IMG/VR virus record: IMGVR_UViG_3300032007_000171 | Span: 1-42,411 of that record | Source: a virus | Strand: one strand, 5' to 3' | Length of the DNA stretch: 42,411 nt | In this document: one piece after another, positions 31,307 to 40,833 of the stretch | How the letters are laid out: the number at the start of each line of letters is the position of its first letter | Position numbering within the stretch: position 1 is the stretch's first letter | The notes under the pieces: model-generated | The model's database searches: none | What the model was told of the DNA's origin: nothing | What the model saw: the letters and a program-made list of their open reading frames with translations, nothing else | Program-made: the position numbers and the translations under genes

Positions 31307-34300
31307 GATAAACTTCCTTTTGCTTTGATGTTATCCATTTTCTTCTCCGTATCCTTGAACTGGTAGTAATTGAGATCTGCATGGAGCTTTTTGCTCTTCA
31401 TCTCATCTACCTGATCTGCTAGGCTCTGAATGATACCTAATACCGACTCAGATACGCCTCCGGTGTCGGTATAACCTCCGTCAGCGAATCCATGCACGCC
31501 GGCGCGGCCGTGTTTACGGCTCTGGCGTACGCCCTCGATGGAGCGTACCATGGAAACTACAGACGGGTTCCGGAGTTCTGCCTGGCTTACGACGTACTCG
31601 CCTTTGTGTACAACGCCTGCCGGCTCATGCACGCCTCCGTCGCCGGTATAACCTCCGTCACTGTATCCACGGCCACCGGCTTGGTATTCCGGCTTGATGG
31701 TAGTAACGGATTCGGCACTGCCTTCATTGATTCCGGATGAACCTCCGGATCCTGTGCTCTCGAGTGTCTGATTCTTGATCTCGTCACGCTTAGCGAGGAT
31801 GTTAGCCTCCTGTACCCCGGCCAATCCGAGCAATAAAGCGGATAGGATACCGGCGGCGATAGGACCGGCGATAGGACCAAGCGACATACTGGTAGCCCAG
31901 ACGGTAGCGATACCCATTGCGGTATTCACCCATAACTGCGCGCTCTGGATGGCCGCGTCGGCATCGGCCTGTTTCTTCTTCATCTCCAGTTCCTTCTCCG
32001 CGTATTCCTGCTCGATGCGCTCGCGCTCTTCGTTATTATCACCCACTAAGGCTAACTCCTTCTGCTTTTCGGCCTCGAGTTTGCTGAACTCCATTTCGAA
32101 AAGCTGCTGTGATACCTGTGCAGCGCTCGATAGTACCTGGTTCACTACGCTGCCGATCATCTGAACGTGCGCCTGGATGGCTTGGCCTACATTGGCGAAT
32201 CCGGCTTCACTCTGCGCCTGGAACTGTTGGATAGCACCCATCGCATTCGCAAAACTGCCTAAGAGCTGGCCACCCAATGTGTCGCCGCACGCTTCGGCCG
32301 TCTCTGTTAGGATATCGCGTAACTCGCCGGTAAACTCACGCGCCTCTGATAAACGATCCTGCAGGGTCTGATTGAGTGATCGCGTCGCTTCGGTCACGGC
32401 TTTGTTCGCCTCTTCGACTACCTCGGCATCAAGATCCTTCACCGCTTCAGCATAGATCTTTTCAGCAGCTACGCGTGCCAGTGCGTACGTCTCGGTGATC
32501 TTGTTACGCTGCTGATGGTACTGCGTTTCGGATATCAGACCTAAGTTGTAGCGCCGCTCGAGCAGATCCAGCTCTCGCTGCTCATTCTGCTCTGTTATCT
32601 TCAGTGCGTCGGTGCGCGCTTTCTTGGCAGCCTTCAGGATGGCCTTATTAGCCTCCTCCTGGTTCTTGATCTGATTGTCGGCTATCTTCTTCTCGATATC
32701 GGATGTATCCATACCGTACTGCTGCATGAGCGCCTTCAGCTTATCCAGGTGCTGCGTCTGAAGCTCGCGCGTATGGGCGTCGTACTGTTCCTGCGTCATC
32801 TCGCGATTAAGCAGCGCTTTTTTGTCCGCGCGTAAGCTGTCATCGAGCCATGTCTGCAGATCCTTCTCCATTCTGGAGTAGTTATCCTTATTGAGTGCCA
32901 TCTGCGCCTGGGCGGCTTTGATCTGCAGATCTCCGGTCTCCTTACCGCGTTTGCGCGCCAGTGCCAGTTCGGCATCGGCCTGCTCTTTCGCCAGCTCGAG
33001 CTGTTGACGCTTGCTCTCTTCGGAAGTAATGGTCATGTTCGCCTCGTTCTGAATGATGACTGCCTTCTTCTTGGCGTACGAATCCTGCAGCTTCTTCAGC
33101 TCCTCTTTGTACGCCTTATCATCCACCTCTGCGCCGGCGGCCGCTGCTTTCTTCTTGGCGGCTATCTTATCTCTCTGCCGAGCCACCTCGAGACGCTTCT
33201 GTAACTCGGTATTCTCTTTTTCGTAGCGCTTTGTAAGCTCATTGTACGAATCGATCGCGTTTTTTTCATGCTCATATAGCTTCTCATATGGTCTGCCATT
33301 AAGGATGTTTTGGATGGTACCTTGGGCGTTCTCGATAAATGCTTTGCGCGCCTTAATGGCCTCCTCAATTTTCTGCGTGTTATACAGATCCTCTTCAGAT
33401 TGGCGATTGGTTGCGTCTTTGATCTGCAATTCCAGATTTTTTAATTTTTTCTTGGTGTCAGCGATAGCCGTTTCGTACCACTCGATCGCCTCTTTATCTG
33501 CGTACGGGTCGGATTTGAGCGCGTCTAATTTTTGCTGGTATTGGATCAGAGCTCCTTCCCATGAGTTCATCTCGCCGGCGATAGCGGTTGGATCCAGTGC
33601 ATGCTCTGCAGACTTGGCGGCGTTTTCGGCGGCTGTGCCCGCAGTGGTGTATGCTTCCGTTACCTTCTCGATGCTACCTTGTAGCTTCCGGATCTCTGCG
33701 CGTTTCTTCTCCTGCTCCTTTGGATCATCTATTTCCATCAGCTCCATCTCTGCCTGTAGTAGCTTCTTATTGAGATCTACCAGCGTTTCCTGATATGCCT
33801 GTGCAAGCGCCTGCTCTTTGAGTAACTGGATACGCTTATCGTACTCCCGGTTCGTGTTTAAGAGCGCGGCCTGCAGCTCTTCATTCGTCACCTTATCCTT
33901 ATCCAGGTGTGCCAGGAATCCGGGGTACTGCTCATTGAGGCGCTTGAGCAGATCTGCGCGGAGTTTTTCGTTATCGGTTGTTTTGATGATATTCTTTACC
34001 AGCGCGTTCAGCTGCTCTTTCTCGGCCATAACGGAGGCGGTATTCTCCTGCGCGATCTCTTTCGCGCGCTCCTGGGTGTTATTCATCGCCTCCTGGAGTG
34101 TGTCGGCTTTCTTGGCATTGCCGATAAAGGTGATAAGCGCTGATGTAGCTGCAGCGATAGCCATAGCGATCAATCCCCAGGGAGATGACATCAGACTTTT
34201 CTTCAGGCCTTCATTAGCCAGGGTGGCTGCTTTCGTCGATAGGATCTCGGCTGCTTTCGCCTTCGCCTGTGCTATCAGCGCTTTAATATCCAGCTGGCGC

Positions 34301-35886
34301 CATGCCGTGATAGACTTGGCTGTTACCAGATAGATAGCGAGCGTCCGGAGAACTATCTTCAGTACGGTTTGATTCTTCTGGATCCACTGCACAGCCTTCT
34401 GCATACCTAAGATGATATTCGTGCCAAAATCAATAAGCGACTTAAATACGCCTTTGCTGTTGTAGAACTGAAGCATCAGACCCTCCCATGCTGATTGAAG
34501 AAGTTTGACGGATCCTTCTACAGTATCCAGTTTTGTTTGTTGCATCTGCGCCAGCTCTGCGTTGACGCCGGTGATCGAGTCTTTAAGCGTGGTGATTGTC
34601 TCGGCGCCATTCAGGAACGTCTCGAAAGCAGCTACGGATCGCTTGTCGGTCAGATCAAGTGCTTCAGCCAGTGATACGCCTTCATCCTTCAGCTGCTTCA
34701 ATGCCGGCGCAAGGTCATCGAGGCTCTTGATTGGTTTACCAAGTGCCTGTGCAAGTTTTCCGGAGTCATCTGCGAGATTGAGCAGAATGTTACGCGTGGC
34801 CGTTGCTGCAGAAGACGCGTCGAATCCGCTGTTTGCCAGCGTACCTAACAGCGCCACCGTCTCTTCGATCGAGAAGCCGAATGCGTTAGCTACCGGCGCG
34901 ATGGTACTCATCGAGTTCTGTAGATAGCTGAAGTCCAATGCCGATTTGGTAGTAGCTACGGCCATCGTGCTCACGACGCGCGTCATCTCAGATGCGTCTA
35001 AACCGAATGCCCGGAGCGCTGCGCCGGCTAACTGTGCCGCTTCCGGGATATCGGAGCCGGTTGCCGTGGCAAATTGCAGGATCGATTCTGTGGATTGCAG
35101 GATCTCTGTCTCATTGAAACCGAGTTTTGCCAGCTCCGTCTGCATCATCGTTACTTGTGAGGCGGTGTACTCGGTCACGGCGCCCAAGCGTTTCGCGTCT
35201 TCAGTGAGGCGCTTTACGCCTTCCTGGGTGGTACCGAGTACGGAAGCCAGCGAGGCGTTCGCAGCCTCAAAGGATACGATGTTACCGATACCGTCTCGGA
35301 TGGTGTTGAATAAAGCCATGACGCCCCGAAGTGCCAAGCCGGCGCCGAATGCGCCTTTGAAGACGTCGGCCACCATGCTGCTCTTCTTTCCCAGTTTGCC
35401 CATCTGAGCCTCCGTCTTAGCTAATTCGCTCGACAGACGCTTGAATGTCTCCGGAGATGCAGCCTTGCTGGTTACATCCAACTGCTTGCGTAACTGCGAT
35501 GCACGCTCCCGGAGTTGCTGCATCGTCATCTGATTAAGCTTCAGCGAGGATGTGAACTGCGCTACCTTCTCGCGGTCTTTATCGAGCGTGTTTTGGGTCT
35601 GCTTCAGCTGTGTAGTTAGCTGTGCCTGTTTCTGCCGGTTTGCCTCGACGGCTGCAGACAGCTGCCTGTACGCTGCCGTGTTCGTCTTACCGGCGGCTTC
35701 CATCTTTGCCAGTTTCTTCTCTTGTTTCGTCAGCTCATTGTTGACTTTGTTTAATGATGAAGTCAGAGAAGCGTTCTGTTTCTCCAGTTTGCCGATCTCT
35801 GCCGATAAGGAATTGATCTGACCTTGGGCGCCGTTGGCCTCTATGTCAATGATGAATCGTAACTGATCGTCTGTTAGTTTTGCCAT
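31303..35886 (-). CDS. Tail tape measure protein (1527 aa)
   Basis: The protein is very long with extended coiled-coil (Ala/Glu/Lys/Gln-rich) regions. It has hydrophobic Gly-rich segments (LGPIAGPIAAGILSALLLGLAG) and C-terminal GGYTGDGG...VHKGEYVV motifs typical of TMPs. Confidence 0.85.
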   Translation of the reverse strand: MAKLTDDQLRFIIDIEANGAQGQINSLSAEIGKLEKQNASLTSSLNKVNNELTKQEKKLAKMEAAGKTNTAAYRQLSAAVEANRQKQAQLTTQLKQTQNTLDKDREKVAQFTSSLKLNQMTMQQLRERASQLRKQLDVTSKAASPETFKRLSSELAKTEAQMGKLGKKSSMVADVFKGAFGAGLALRGVMALFNTIRDGIGNIVSFEAANASLASVLGTTQEGVKRLTEDAKRLGAVTEYTASQVTMMQTELAKLGFNETEILQSTESILQFATATGSDIPEAAQLAGAALRAFGLDASEMTRVVSTMAVATTKSALDFSYLQNSMSTIAPVANAFGFSIEETVALLGTLANSGFDASSAATATRNILLNLADDSGKLAQALGKPIKSLDDLAPALKQLKDEGVSLAEALDLTDKRSVAAFETFLNGAETITTLKDSITGVNAELAQMQQTKLDTVEGSVKLLQSAWEGLMLQFYNSKGVFKSLIDFGTNIILGMQKAVQWIQKNQTVLKIVLRTLAIYLVTAKSITAWRQLDIKALIAQAKAKAAEILSTKAATLANEGLKKSLMSSPWGLIAMAIAAATSALITFIGNAKKADTLQEAMNNTQERAKEIAQENTASVMAEKEQLNALVKNIIKTTDNEKLRADLLKRLNEQYPGFLAHLDKDKVTNEELQAALLNTNREYDKRIQLLKEQALAQAYQETLVDLNKKLLQAEMELMEIDDPKEQEKKRAEIRKLQGSIEKVTEAYTTAGTAAENAAKSAEHALDPTAIAGEMNSWEGALIQYQQKLDALKSDPYADKEAIEWYETAIADTKKKLKNLELQIKDATNRQSEEDLYNTQKIEEAIKARKAFIENAQGTIQNILNGRPYEKLYEHEKNAIDSYNELTKRYEKENTELQKRLEVARQRDKIAAKKKAAAAGAEVDDKAYKEELKKLQDSYAKKKAVIIQNEANMTITSEESKRQQLELAKEQADAELALARKRGKETGDLQIKAAQAQMALNKDNYSRMEKDLQTWLDDSLRADKKALLNREMTQEQYDAHTRELQTQHLDKLKALMQQYGMDTSDIEKKIADNQIKNQEEANKAILKAAKKARTDALKITEQNEQRELDLLERRYNLGLISETQYHQQRNKITETYALARVAAEKIYAEAVKDLDAEVVEEANKAVTEATRSLNQTLQDRLSEAREFTGELRDILTETAEACGDTLGGQLLGSFANAMGAIQQFQAQSEAGFANVGQAIQAHVQMIGSVVNQVLSSAAQVSQQLFEMEFSKLEAEKQKELALVGDNNEERERIEQEYAEKELEMKKKQADADAAIQSAQLWVNTAMGIATVWATSMSLGPIAGPIAAGILSALLLGLAGVQEANILAKRDEIKNQTLESTGSGGSSGINEGSAESVTTIKPEYQAGGRGYSDGGYTGDGGVHEPAGVVHKGEYVVSQAELRNPSVVSMVRSIEGVRQSRKHGRAGVHGFADGGYTDTGGVSESVLGIIQSLADQVDEMKSKKLHADLNYYQFKDTEKKMDNIKAKGSLS

Positions 35887-35902
35887 AATCTTTCGAATTT
35901 AT

Positions 35903-35940
35903 GTGCAAAGGTACTGCTTTTTTTTCAAATATCAAAAGAC
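35903..35940 (-). promoter_or_regulatory. Late promoter element (copy c)
   Basis: The 38-mer is identical to copy b and lies 17 nt upstream of the tape-measure ATG. Confidence 0.7.
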
Positions 35941-36046
35941 ACGCTTTTGGGGGTTAAAACCGGGGTGTTCCGGATACAAAGAAGAGAGGACCGGATGGCC
36001 CTCCCTTCCCCATAAAAACACACTTATACAAAAGCCCCTTGCCGGG

Positions 36047-36610
36047 TTAGCTTTGTGCGGGTGTTGCGCTCGGCGCGGATGCAGGTTCGTAAACCAGCAT
36101 CGGCTCCGGACAATCGGATCCACTCAGGGTGAAGTTGATACCGGCGGTACCGCCATCCTGTGCGCCGATGGATTGGTACTGGAAGGTCATACCTCCCGTA
36201 CACGGGTTGGCATAGAGGAACTTCTTGCCATCCGAGCAGCGCTCTACGATAGCTACTACCTCTTCGCCTTGCATGTTGAACGCCCAATCCAGGGTGTTCT
36301 CATCGACACCTTCAGCGATCGCGGTGATCTCCGCCTTACCATCCTGCGGTGCTTCGCCGGCGTTGATTACAGGAACCACGGTACCGGGCTTACACTCGAT
36401 GGTGTGGTACTGATCCGCTTCGGATTCGCCTTCCGGCAATGCCAGCAGCGGTAACTTGGAGGTCAACTTCGCGCCTTGCTTCGCTTTCCAGAGTGCAGCG
36501 AGTGCAGCCCAGTCCACGATGGCAGCGGCTACGAGGGTGATGATGTAGTTGTACTTCGTCGATTTCGAAGCCGCATTTACATTCTTGCGGGAATTGTTCT
36601 TAACAGCCAT
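36047..36610 (-). CDS. Virion-module hypothetical protein (187 aa) between capsid and tape measure (major tail or decoration candidate)
   Basis: Assigned by position. It has an N-terminal hydrophobic segment YIITLVAAAIVDWAALAALW. Confidence 0.5.
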   Translation of the reverse strand: MAVKNNSRKNVNAASKSTKYNYIITLVAAAIVDWAALAALWKAKQGAKLTSKLPLLALPEGESEADQYHTIECKPGTVVPVINAGEAPQDGKAEITAIAEGVDENTLDWAFNMQGEEVVAIVERCSDGKKFLYANPCTGGMTFQYQSIGAQDGGTAGINFTLSGSDCPEPMLVYEPASAPSATPAQS

Positions 36611-36697
36611 AATCGTATTTAGTTAAAATGTGAAACGAAATCGGGCGGCGGAGGGCAGCAGGATTCATTACCGTGCCACTCCGCTTAGCCCATTACC

Positions 36698-38683
36698 TTA
36701 CGCCGATACCTTGCGGCCCAACTCGAGCAGTTTGCCCGTCGGACGCGTTACGGTAACGCTCTCGCCGTCGATGGTGACGGTGGTATCCTCCAGTTCCGGA
36801 TAAACCTCGATGTAGTCGCCCTTGGCGCCTGCTACGAAGTTCGCGCTGATCTTCGAGAATACACCGGATTTCTCCAGCGTCACACCCGCTGCGCTTGCTA
36901 CGAACGTGATCACACGGTCGGTAGCTACGCCGGTAGCGGTGGTGATAGCCGTTGCAGGGCTCTCACCGGCTGCCTGGCTGATCGTGAAGAGCGTGTTACC
37001 GCTCAGATCCACGGTAGCCGCAATCGTCAGAGCGCTTGCAGGGTTGTTAACGAAGAGGAACTGATGCTCGAAGTTATCCGCCTTCAGATCAGCCTCCGAT
37101 TTGAACGGAGCGCCGGCCTTGGTGGCGTGAGAACCTTCTTTCCAGCGGCTCTTGACAGCTACGCCCTCGAACTCCGGAGTGAAGTCGAATGCGAGCATTT
37201 CGCCCGGTTTGTTCTCCAGGAGCTCGATGTTACCCGGCTCCATCGCAAACATGATGAAGTCATTCTCCTTCATGTTCGGTACCCATACGAGCGATGCCGG
37301 ATCGAGATCCACGAGCTGAGCGTTAGCGCCGGTAAAGTCTGCGTCCTTACCGTATTTCTCGCGGTAAGCGCGGATGTACCAGCGTTGGTGACGCTTGTTC
37401 AGGTAGATCTTCAGATCATCCAGACCGCCATGAGCCTTCACTACCTCGTCGGCGAATGCCTCTACTGTGTCGAGCATCGTATCAGCATCGTACGTACCGA
37501 TCGACTCGAACGGCAATACGCGGTTCTGACGGATAGCGCGGGTGATGGCGCGCAATGCACCGTCAGCAGACAGGTTCGACGGATTGGCTTTCACGTTCTG
37601 CTGGGGAACGCGTACACCGATCACGTTACGGATGCTCTGCTCTTTGATGAGCTGCGTACCGTAATGAACCAGTACCCACTCGATGAAGGTCCACTTGATG
37701 ATAGCGGATCCCTCGTTGCGGTTCAGCCAGCCGATGTACTCCTTCTCCAGGCGTACGAGATCGACAAAGTTGAACTTAAACATCAGGTCATCCACCTTGT
37801 ACTTGTCCGGAGTGAACTGCATGCCACCCTTGAAGATACGACCTGCACGATAGCCTTGCGACAGCTCGCCTACGATAGCGCTGATAGCTACCTCTGCGTT
37901 CTGTACGTTCGAGTGAACCGGGAAAATCGTACCGCGGACGGAAGGCACCTCCTTGAAGTACGCGATGATCGCGTCCGTACGACGTACCAGATACTCACCG
38001 AGCTCGGAAGTCGGCGGTACCATGTTGATCTGACCCTCGCCGTGGAGGCTTGCCATGGTCAGGCTTGCCAGTGCGCCGGCCTCACGCAGTTGTGCGAGAC
38101 GCTGGGACACGAGACCTGCCATCTTCAGGAAGTCACGCTGAACCATCTGAACCTCTTCGCCGCGCGGTGATTCGTTCACTACGGAAGCGCCGGTCAGTTG
38201 GTTGTAGAACTTCTCACGGGAATAGAGCTCGTGCTCGATTCCGTACAGGTGAGTAGCGGTATGAGGGCCACCGAATACGTTTGCACGCTTCATGGCACCG
38301 ACTACTACCGGTTTCTTGACCTCCGGCTGATGTGCCATCTGCTCGGCTTGCTGGCGTGCAGCCTGAGCAGCCTGAGCGGCTTGCTGTGCAGCAGCTGCAG
38401 GTTTCTGAGCTACTTGCGCCGGCTCAATTCCCAGCATGTCGGCGATAGCGGTACGCTCTTCGTCGCTCAACTGAGCAGCTGTAGCTTCGGGTTCCGGATC
38501 CGGGTCGGGGTCAGCGTCCTCACCGGCTTCCTTGTCCTCGGCCAGAGTTTTGCCGTGAGCGGTCTTGTAGGCCTCTTCGATTTGCTTCCACTCTTCCGCG
38601 GAGATGTTACCGGCGGCTACTTTCTCGCGGCTGATACCCATCTGTTTGAGAATCGCCGCAACATTTTTTTGCCATTTCTTCAT
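36698..38683 (-). CDS. Putative major capsid protein with an N-terminal scaffold/delta-like extension (661 aa)
   Basis: The gene lies directly downstream of the prohead protease. The N-terminal 130 aa are helical and Ala/Gln-rich with a DADPDPDPEPE linker. The assignment is positional plus architectural. Confidence 0.6.
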   Translation of the reverse strand: MKKWQKNVAAILKQMGISREKVAAGNISAEEWKQIEEAYKTAHGKTLAEDKEAGEDADPDPDPEPEATAAQLSDEERTAIADMLGIEPAQVAQKPAAAAQQAAQAAQAARQQAEQMAHQPEVKKPVVVGAMKRANVFGGPHTATHLYGIEHELYSREKFYNQLTGASVVNESPRGEEVQMVQRDFLKMAGLVSQRLAQLREAGALASLTMASLHGEGQINMVPPTSELGEYLVRRTDAIIAYFKEVPSVRGTIFPVHSNVQNAEVAISAIVGELSQGYRAGRIFKGGMQFTPDKYKVDDLMFKFNFVDLVRLEKEYIGWLNRNEGSAIIKWTFIEWVLVHYGTQLIKEQSIRNVIGVRVPQQNVKANPSNLSADGALRAITRAIRQNRVLPFESIGTYDADTMLDTVEAFADEVVKAHGGLDDLKIYLNKRHQRWYIRAYREKYGKDADFTGANAQLVDLDPASLVWVPNMKENDFIMFAMEPGNIELLENKPGEMLAFDFTPEFEGVAVKSRWKEGSHATKAGAPFKSEADLKADNFEHQFLFVNNPASALTIAATVDLSGNTLFTISQAAGESPATAITTATGVATDRVITFVASAAGVTLEKSGVFSKISANFVAGAKGDYIEVYPELEDTTVTIDGESVTVTRPTGKLLELGRKVSA

Positions 38684-38730
38684 TGCGAAAAAAAGTTAAA
38701 GGATTAGTACTATAGTTACATGTGACGGAT

Positions 38731-39618
38731 TTACATAGCCTGTGCAATCTCCTTACCCTCCTTGATGCCGGTAATAACGGCTACAGCGGATTCGAAGTTA
38801 CCGATCTCGTCAACCAGACCGGCTTTGATTGCGTCTTCAGCATAAAACATCTTTCCGGACAATACGCCTTCGATGGATTCATCCACCGGACGGTGCTCTT
38901 TCACTATGTTCTGGAAGTTAACAGCCAGCGGGGTAAGTACCTCATCGATCATGGTCTGCGTCTTTCCGTCGATAGCGTCGCGGTAAGCTTTGTTCTTTTC
39001 AGCACTCTCCGGTGGATAAATCTCGATGATCTTGATGCCTTGCTTCTTGTAGAAGGCGCCATAATCAACGAGCTGCACCATTACGCCGATAGATCCGACG
39101 TTACACATCTTATTGAGTGCGATGATACGATCGCACAAAGAAGCTGTATACATACCGGCGCTGGCACACATACCGTCCACGACGGCCACTACCGGCTTCG
39201 TGTGATTCTTCAGTACTTCCTCCAGCCGGATCAGCGATTGGGTCGTACCGCCGGGCGTGTTGAAGACTAAGATAGCGCCGTCGATATCTTCGCTCTGCAT
39301 AACGTACTCGAGTAGCGCGGCGATATCGTCCATGCCCGGAACTATCCACTCGAGATCTTCAGCGCTGAAGTTGAAGTGAGCGTACTTCATCATCATACCG
39401 GTGATGCTGAAGATAGCTATACGTTCGGCGCTGTAGCCGGAATTGTTGAATACGTTACAGATATCGGTGGCGTTCTGCGCGCGCTGGACGGCTTGGATCT
39501 CCGGATAACCGGATGCAGGCCGCTGTGCCTCGTGCAGCACGGCTTCCATCTCTGTAGTTCCTGCCTGTACCATCGCAAGCGGCGATGTACGAAGCTCGTT
39601 GATGATCTGATTATTCAT
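38731..39618 (-). CDS. Prohead protease, S49 (SppA/ClpP-like) family (295 aa)
   Basis: LVFNTPGGT, VVDGMCASAGMY (Ser nucleophile context) and GSIGVM are typical of S49 peptidases such as lambda gpC-type head proteases. Confidence 0.75.
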   Translation of the reverse strand: MNNQIINELRTSPLAMVQAGTTEMEAVLHEAQRPASGYPEIQAVQRAQNATDICNVFNNSGYSAERIAIFSITGMMMKYAHFNFSAEDLEWIVPGMDDIAALLEYVMQSEDIDGAILVFNTPGGTTQSLIRLEEVLKNHTKPVVAVVDGMCASAGMYTASLCDRIIALNKMCNVGSIGVMVQLVDYGAFYKKQGIKIIEIYPPESAEKNKAYRDAIDGKTQTMIDEVLTPLAVNFQNIVKEHRPVDESIEGVLSGKMFYAEDAIKAGLVDEIGNFESAVAVITGIKEGKEIAQAM

Positions 39619-39621
39619 AAT

Positions 39622-40002
39622 TTATACCTCTTGTTTCGTTTTGAGTGTCAGGGTGTCGTTCGTGTCGGTGCCTTCCAGTTCCATTACTGCCGGGTACCGC
39701 AAAGTTCCGATCATACGCGTGTATCCTTCTATCGTATATACGCGCGCTACCCAGTATTTGAACTTCGATTTGCGGAGCGCGGCCGTCACGCTGTTATCCT
39801 CGAAGGTAAACGTGATATCCTCCTCGAGCAGCTTGCCGCCGTCGGCATTCTTCTCCGAGCGGTTGTACTGTGCGCGTCCGCGGCTACGGAGCGTAATCAC
39901 CTTGCTTTCATCAGACGCAAGGAAGTTCGTATCCGTGCAAGCGGTCACGTATTTAGCCGGGCAAAGTACTAAGCTGCTACATATTTGTTCGCTGGTCCAC
40001 AT
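39622..40002 (-). CDS. Hypothetical virion-module protein (126 aa from ATG 40002; the track start at 40047 lies inside the promoter)
   Basis: ATG 40000-40002 lies 20 nt downstream of late promoter element 40022-40059. Confidence 0.55.
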   Translation of the reverse strand: MWTSEQICSSLVLCPAKYVTACTDTNFLASDESKVITLRSRGRAQYNRSEKNADGGKLLEEDITFTFEDNSVTAALRKSKFKYWVARVYTIEGYTRMIGTLRYPAVMELEGTDTNDTLTLKTKQEV

Positions 40003-40021
40003 ATCTTCAGTTCGAAATTCT

Positions 40022-40059
40022 GTGCAAAGGTACAACTTTTTTTTCAAATATCAAAAGAC
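40022..40059 (-). promoter_or_regulatory. Late promoter element (copy d)
   Basis: The minus strand reads GTCTTTTGATATTTGAAAAAAAAGTTGTACCTTTGCAC. Confidence 0.7.
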
Positions 40060-40072
40060 ACACTTTTTGACA

Positions 40073-40106
40073 TAAAAAATGCACCCCGTTTCTCAACGAA
40101 GTGCAT
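40073..40106 (-). terminator. Intrinsic terminator after 40180..40437
   Basis: On the minus strand, ATGCAC..CGTT-GAGA-AACG..GTGCAT is followed by TTTTTT. Confidence 0.6.
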
Positions 40107-40179
40107 CCCAAATTACCATTAAACCTTGCGTGTGGCAGATCGAACCTCTGCCGGTGTTTTTACCTGTTAATCCTAGACT

Positions 40180-40437
40180 TTACGGCTTATCTTCAGCAGG
40201 TGTTGCCGGGCCGTGCGTCAGCGTGTACTCCTTCATGTATTCGTTGTGCAGGCCATTCAGCATCACATACGTATCGGCCATCGTCGATATCGCATCTGCT
40301 AAATCGAATCGGTAGTTCTTCGGTACGATCGAAAGTGCCTGTGAGCATTGGATAAGCGCTTCATTTAAGCGGCGGCATTGGTCCACGATCGGACGGCTCT
40401 CTTCATTCTCTTCCGGGGCAAAGAAATCTCGTAACAT
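40180..40437 (-). CDS. Hypothetical protein (85 aa)
   Basis: ATG start. It is the second gene behind promoter e. Confidence 0.5.
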   Translation of the reverse strand: MLRDFFAPEENEESRPIVDQCRRLNEALIQCSQALSIVPKNYRFDLADAISTMADTYVMLNGLHNEYMKEYTLTHGPATPAEDKP

Positions 40438-40449
40438 ATCGGCCTCCCT

Positions 40450-40632
40450 TCAGTTCATTAGGTTAATACATAATACTTTGCCTCCGTAGATCGCGGTAAT
40501 GGACCGATAGTCGTCATCCATGACCAGAGTGGCTTTCACTTCTTCATCCTTCACCTCACTGAATAACTTGGTGATAGTCTTCAGTTGATCTTTCACGGCT
40601 TGAACCGTGACGTTCTTTTTGATTTCACACAT
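40450..40632 (-). CDS. Hypothetical protein (60 aa)
   Basis: ATG start. It is the first ORF after the roughly 200-nt leader. Confidence 0.45.
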   Translation of the reverse strand: MCEIKKNVTVQAVKDQLKTITKLFSEVKDEEVKATLVMDDDYRSITAIYGGKVLCINLMN

Positions 40633-40770
40633 GATAGTTTATGTTTTGGACAGTAAATAATAAAAATCGGATACTACCCGCTGTCTAAGTCCTGTGTGAA
40701 AGAGACTCGAGTGGCTATTACGGCCAAACTCACGGGGTATCCGATTCTACAATTCCGTTGGATAACCGGA

Positions 40771-40797
40771 AATAAAAAAGCCGCTCGCTTGCGGCAA
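40771..40797 (-). terminator. Intrinsic terminator embedded in the leader of the leftward late operon
   Basis: On the minus strand, GCCGC-AAGCGA-GCGGC is followed by TTTTTTATTT. It lies between promoter e (40834-40868) and the first ORF (40632). Confidence 0.6.
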
Positions 40798-40833
40798 CTC
40801 ATCCGGTTGCTCTTTCACTTTTTAACTTAGACG

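Noticed and set aside
31775-35821. Series of plus-strand ORFs (for example 33242..33793, 33818..34333, 34505..34927, 34946..35407) inside the tape-measure gene
   Set aside because: They are low-complexity Ser/Ala/Phe-rich translations. These are the expected antisense image of a Glu/Lys/Ala-rich coiled-coil gene, and all are nested in the 1527-aa ORF.
35903-36454. 183-aa plus-strand ORF beginning inside late promoter copy c
   Set aside because: It starts within the promoter element, is antisense to 36047..36610, and uses a non-ATG start in the track.
36611-36697. Stem-loop GCGGAG-GGCA...TGCC-A-CTCCGC after the capsid gene as a terminator or attenuator
   Set aside because: The hairpin is readable, but no T-run follows it on the transcribed strand. 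It cannot be called a terminator from sequence alone.
37064-38170. 368-aa plus-strand ORF (and neighbours 36822..37064, 38198..38707) overlapping the capsid gene
   Set aside because: It lies entirely antisense to a much better supported gene (protease-capsid synteny). It has an Arg/Leu/Val-rich composition typical of antisense frames, no promoter element upstream, and it would break the unidirectional late operon.
40134-40152. T-arm-like hairpin GGCAG-AGGTTCGAT-CTGCC (minus strand) that could hint at another tRNA or att fragment
   Set aside because: No acceptor, D or anticodon arms can be built around it, and the loop is 9 nt. It is more simply a stem-loop in the 3' UTR ahead of the terminator at 40073-40106.
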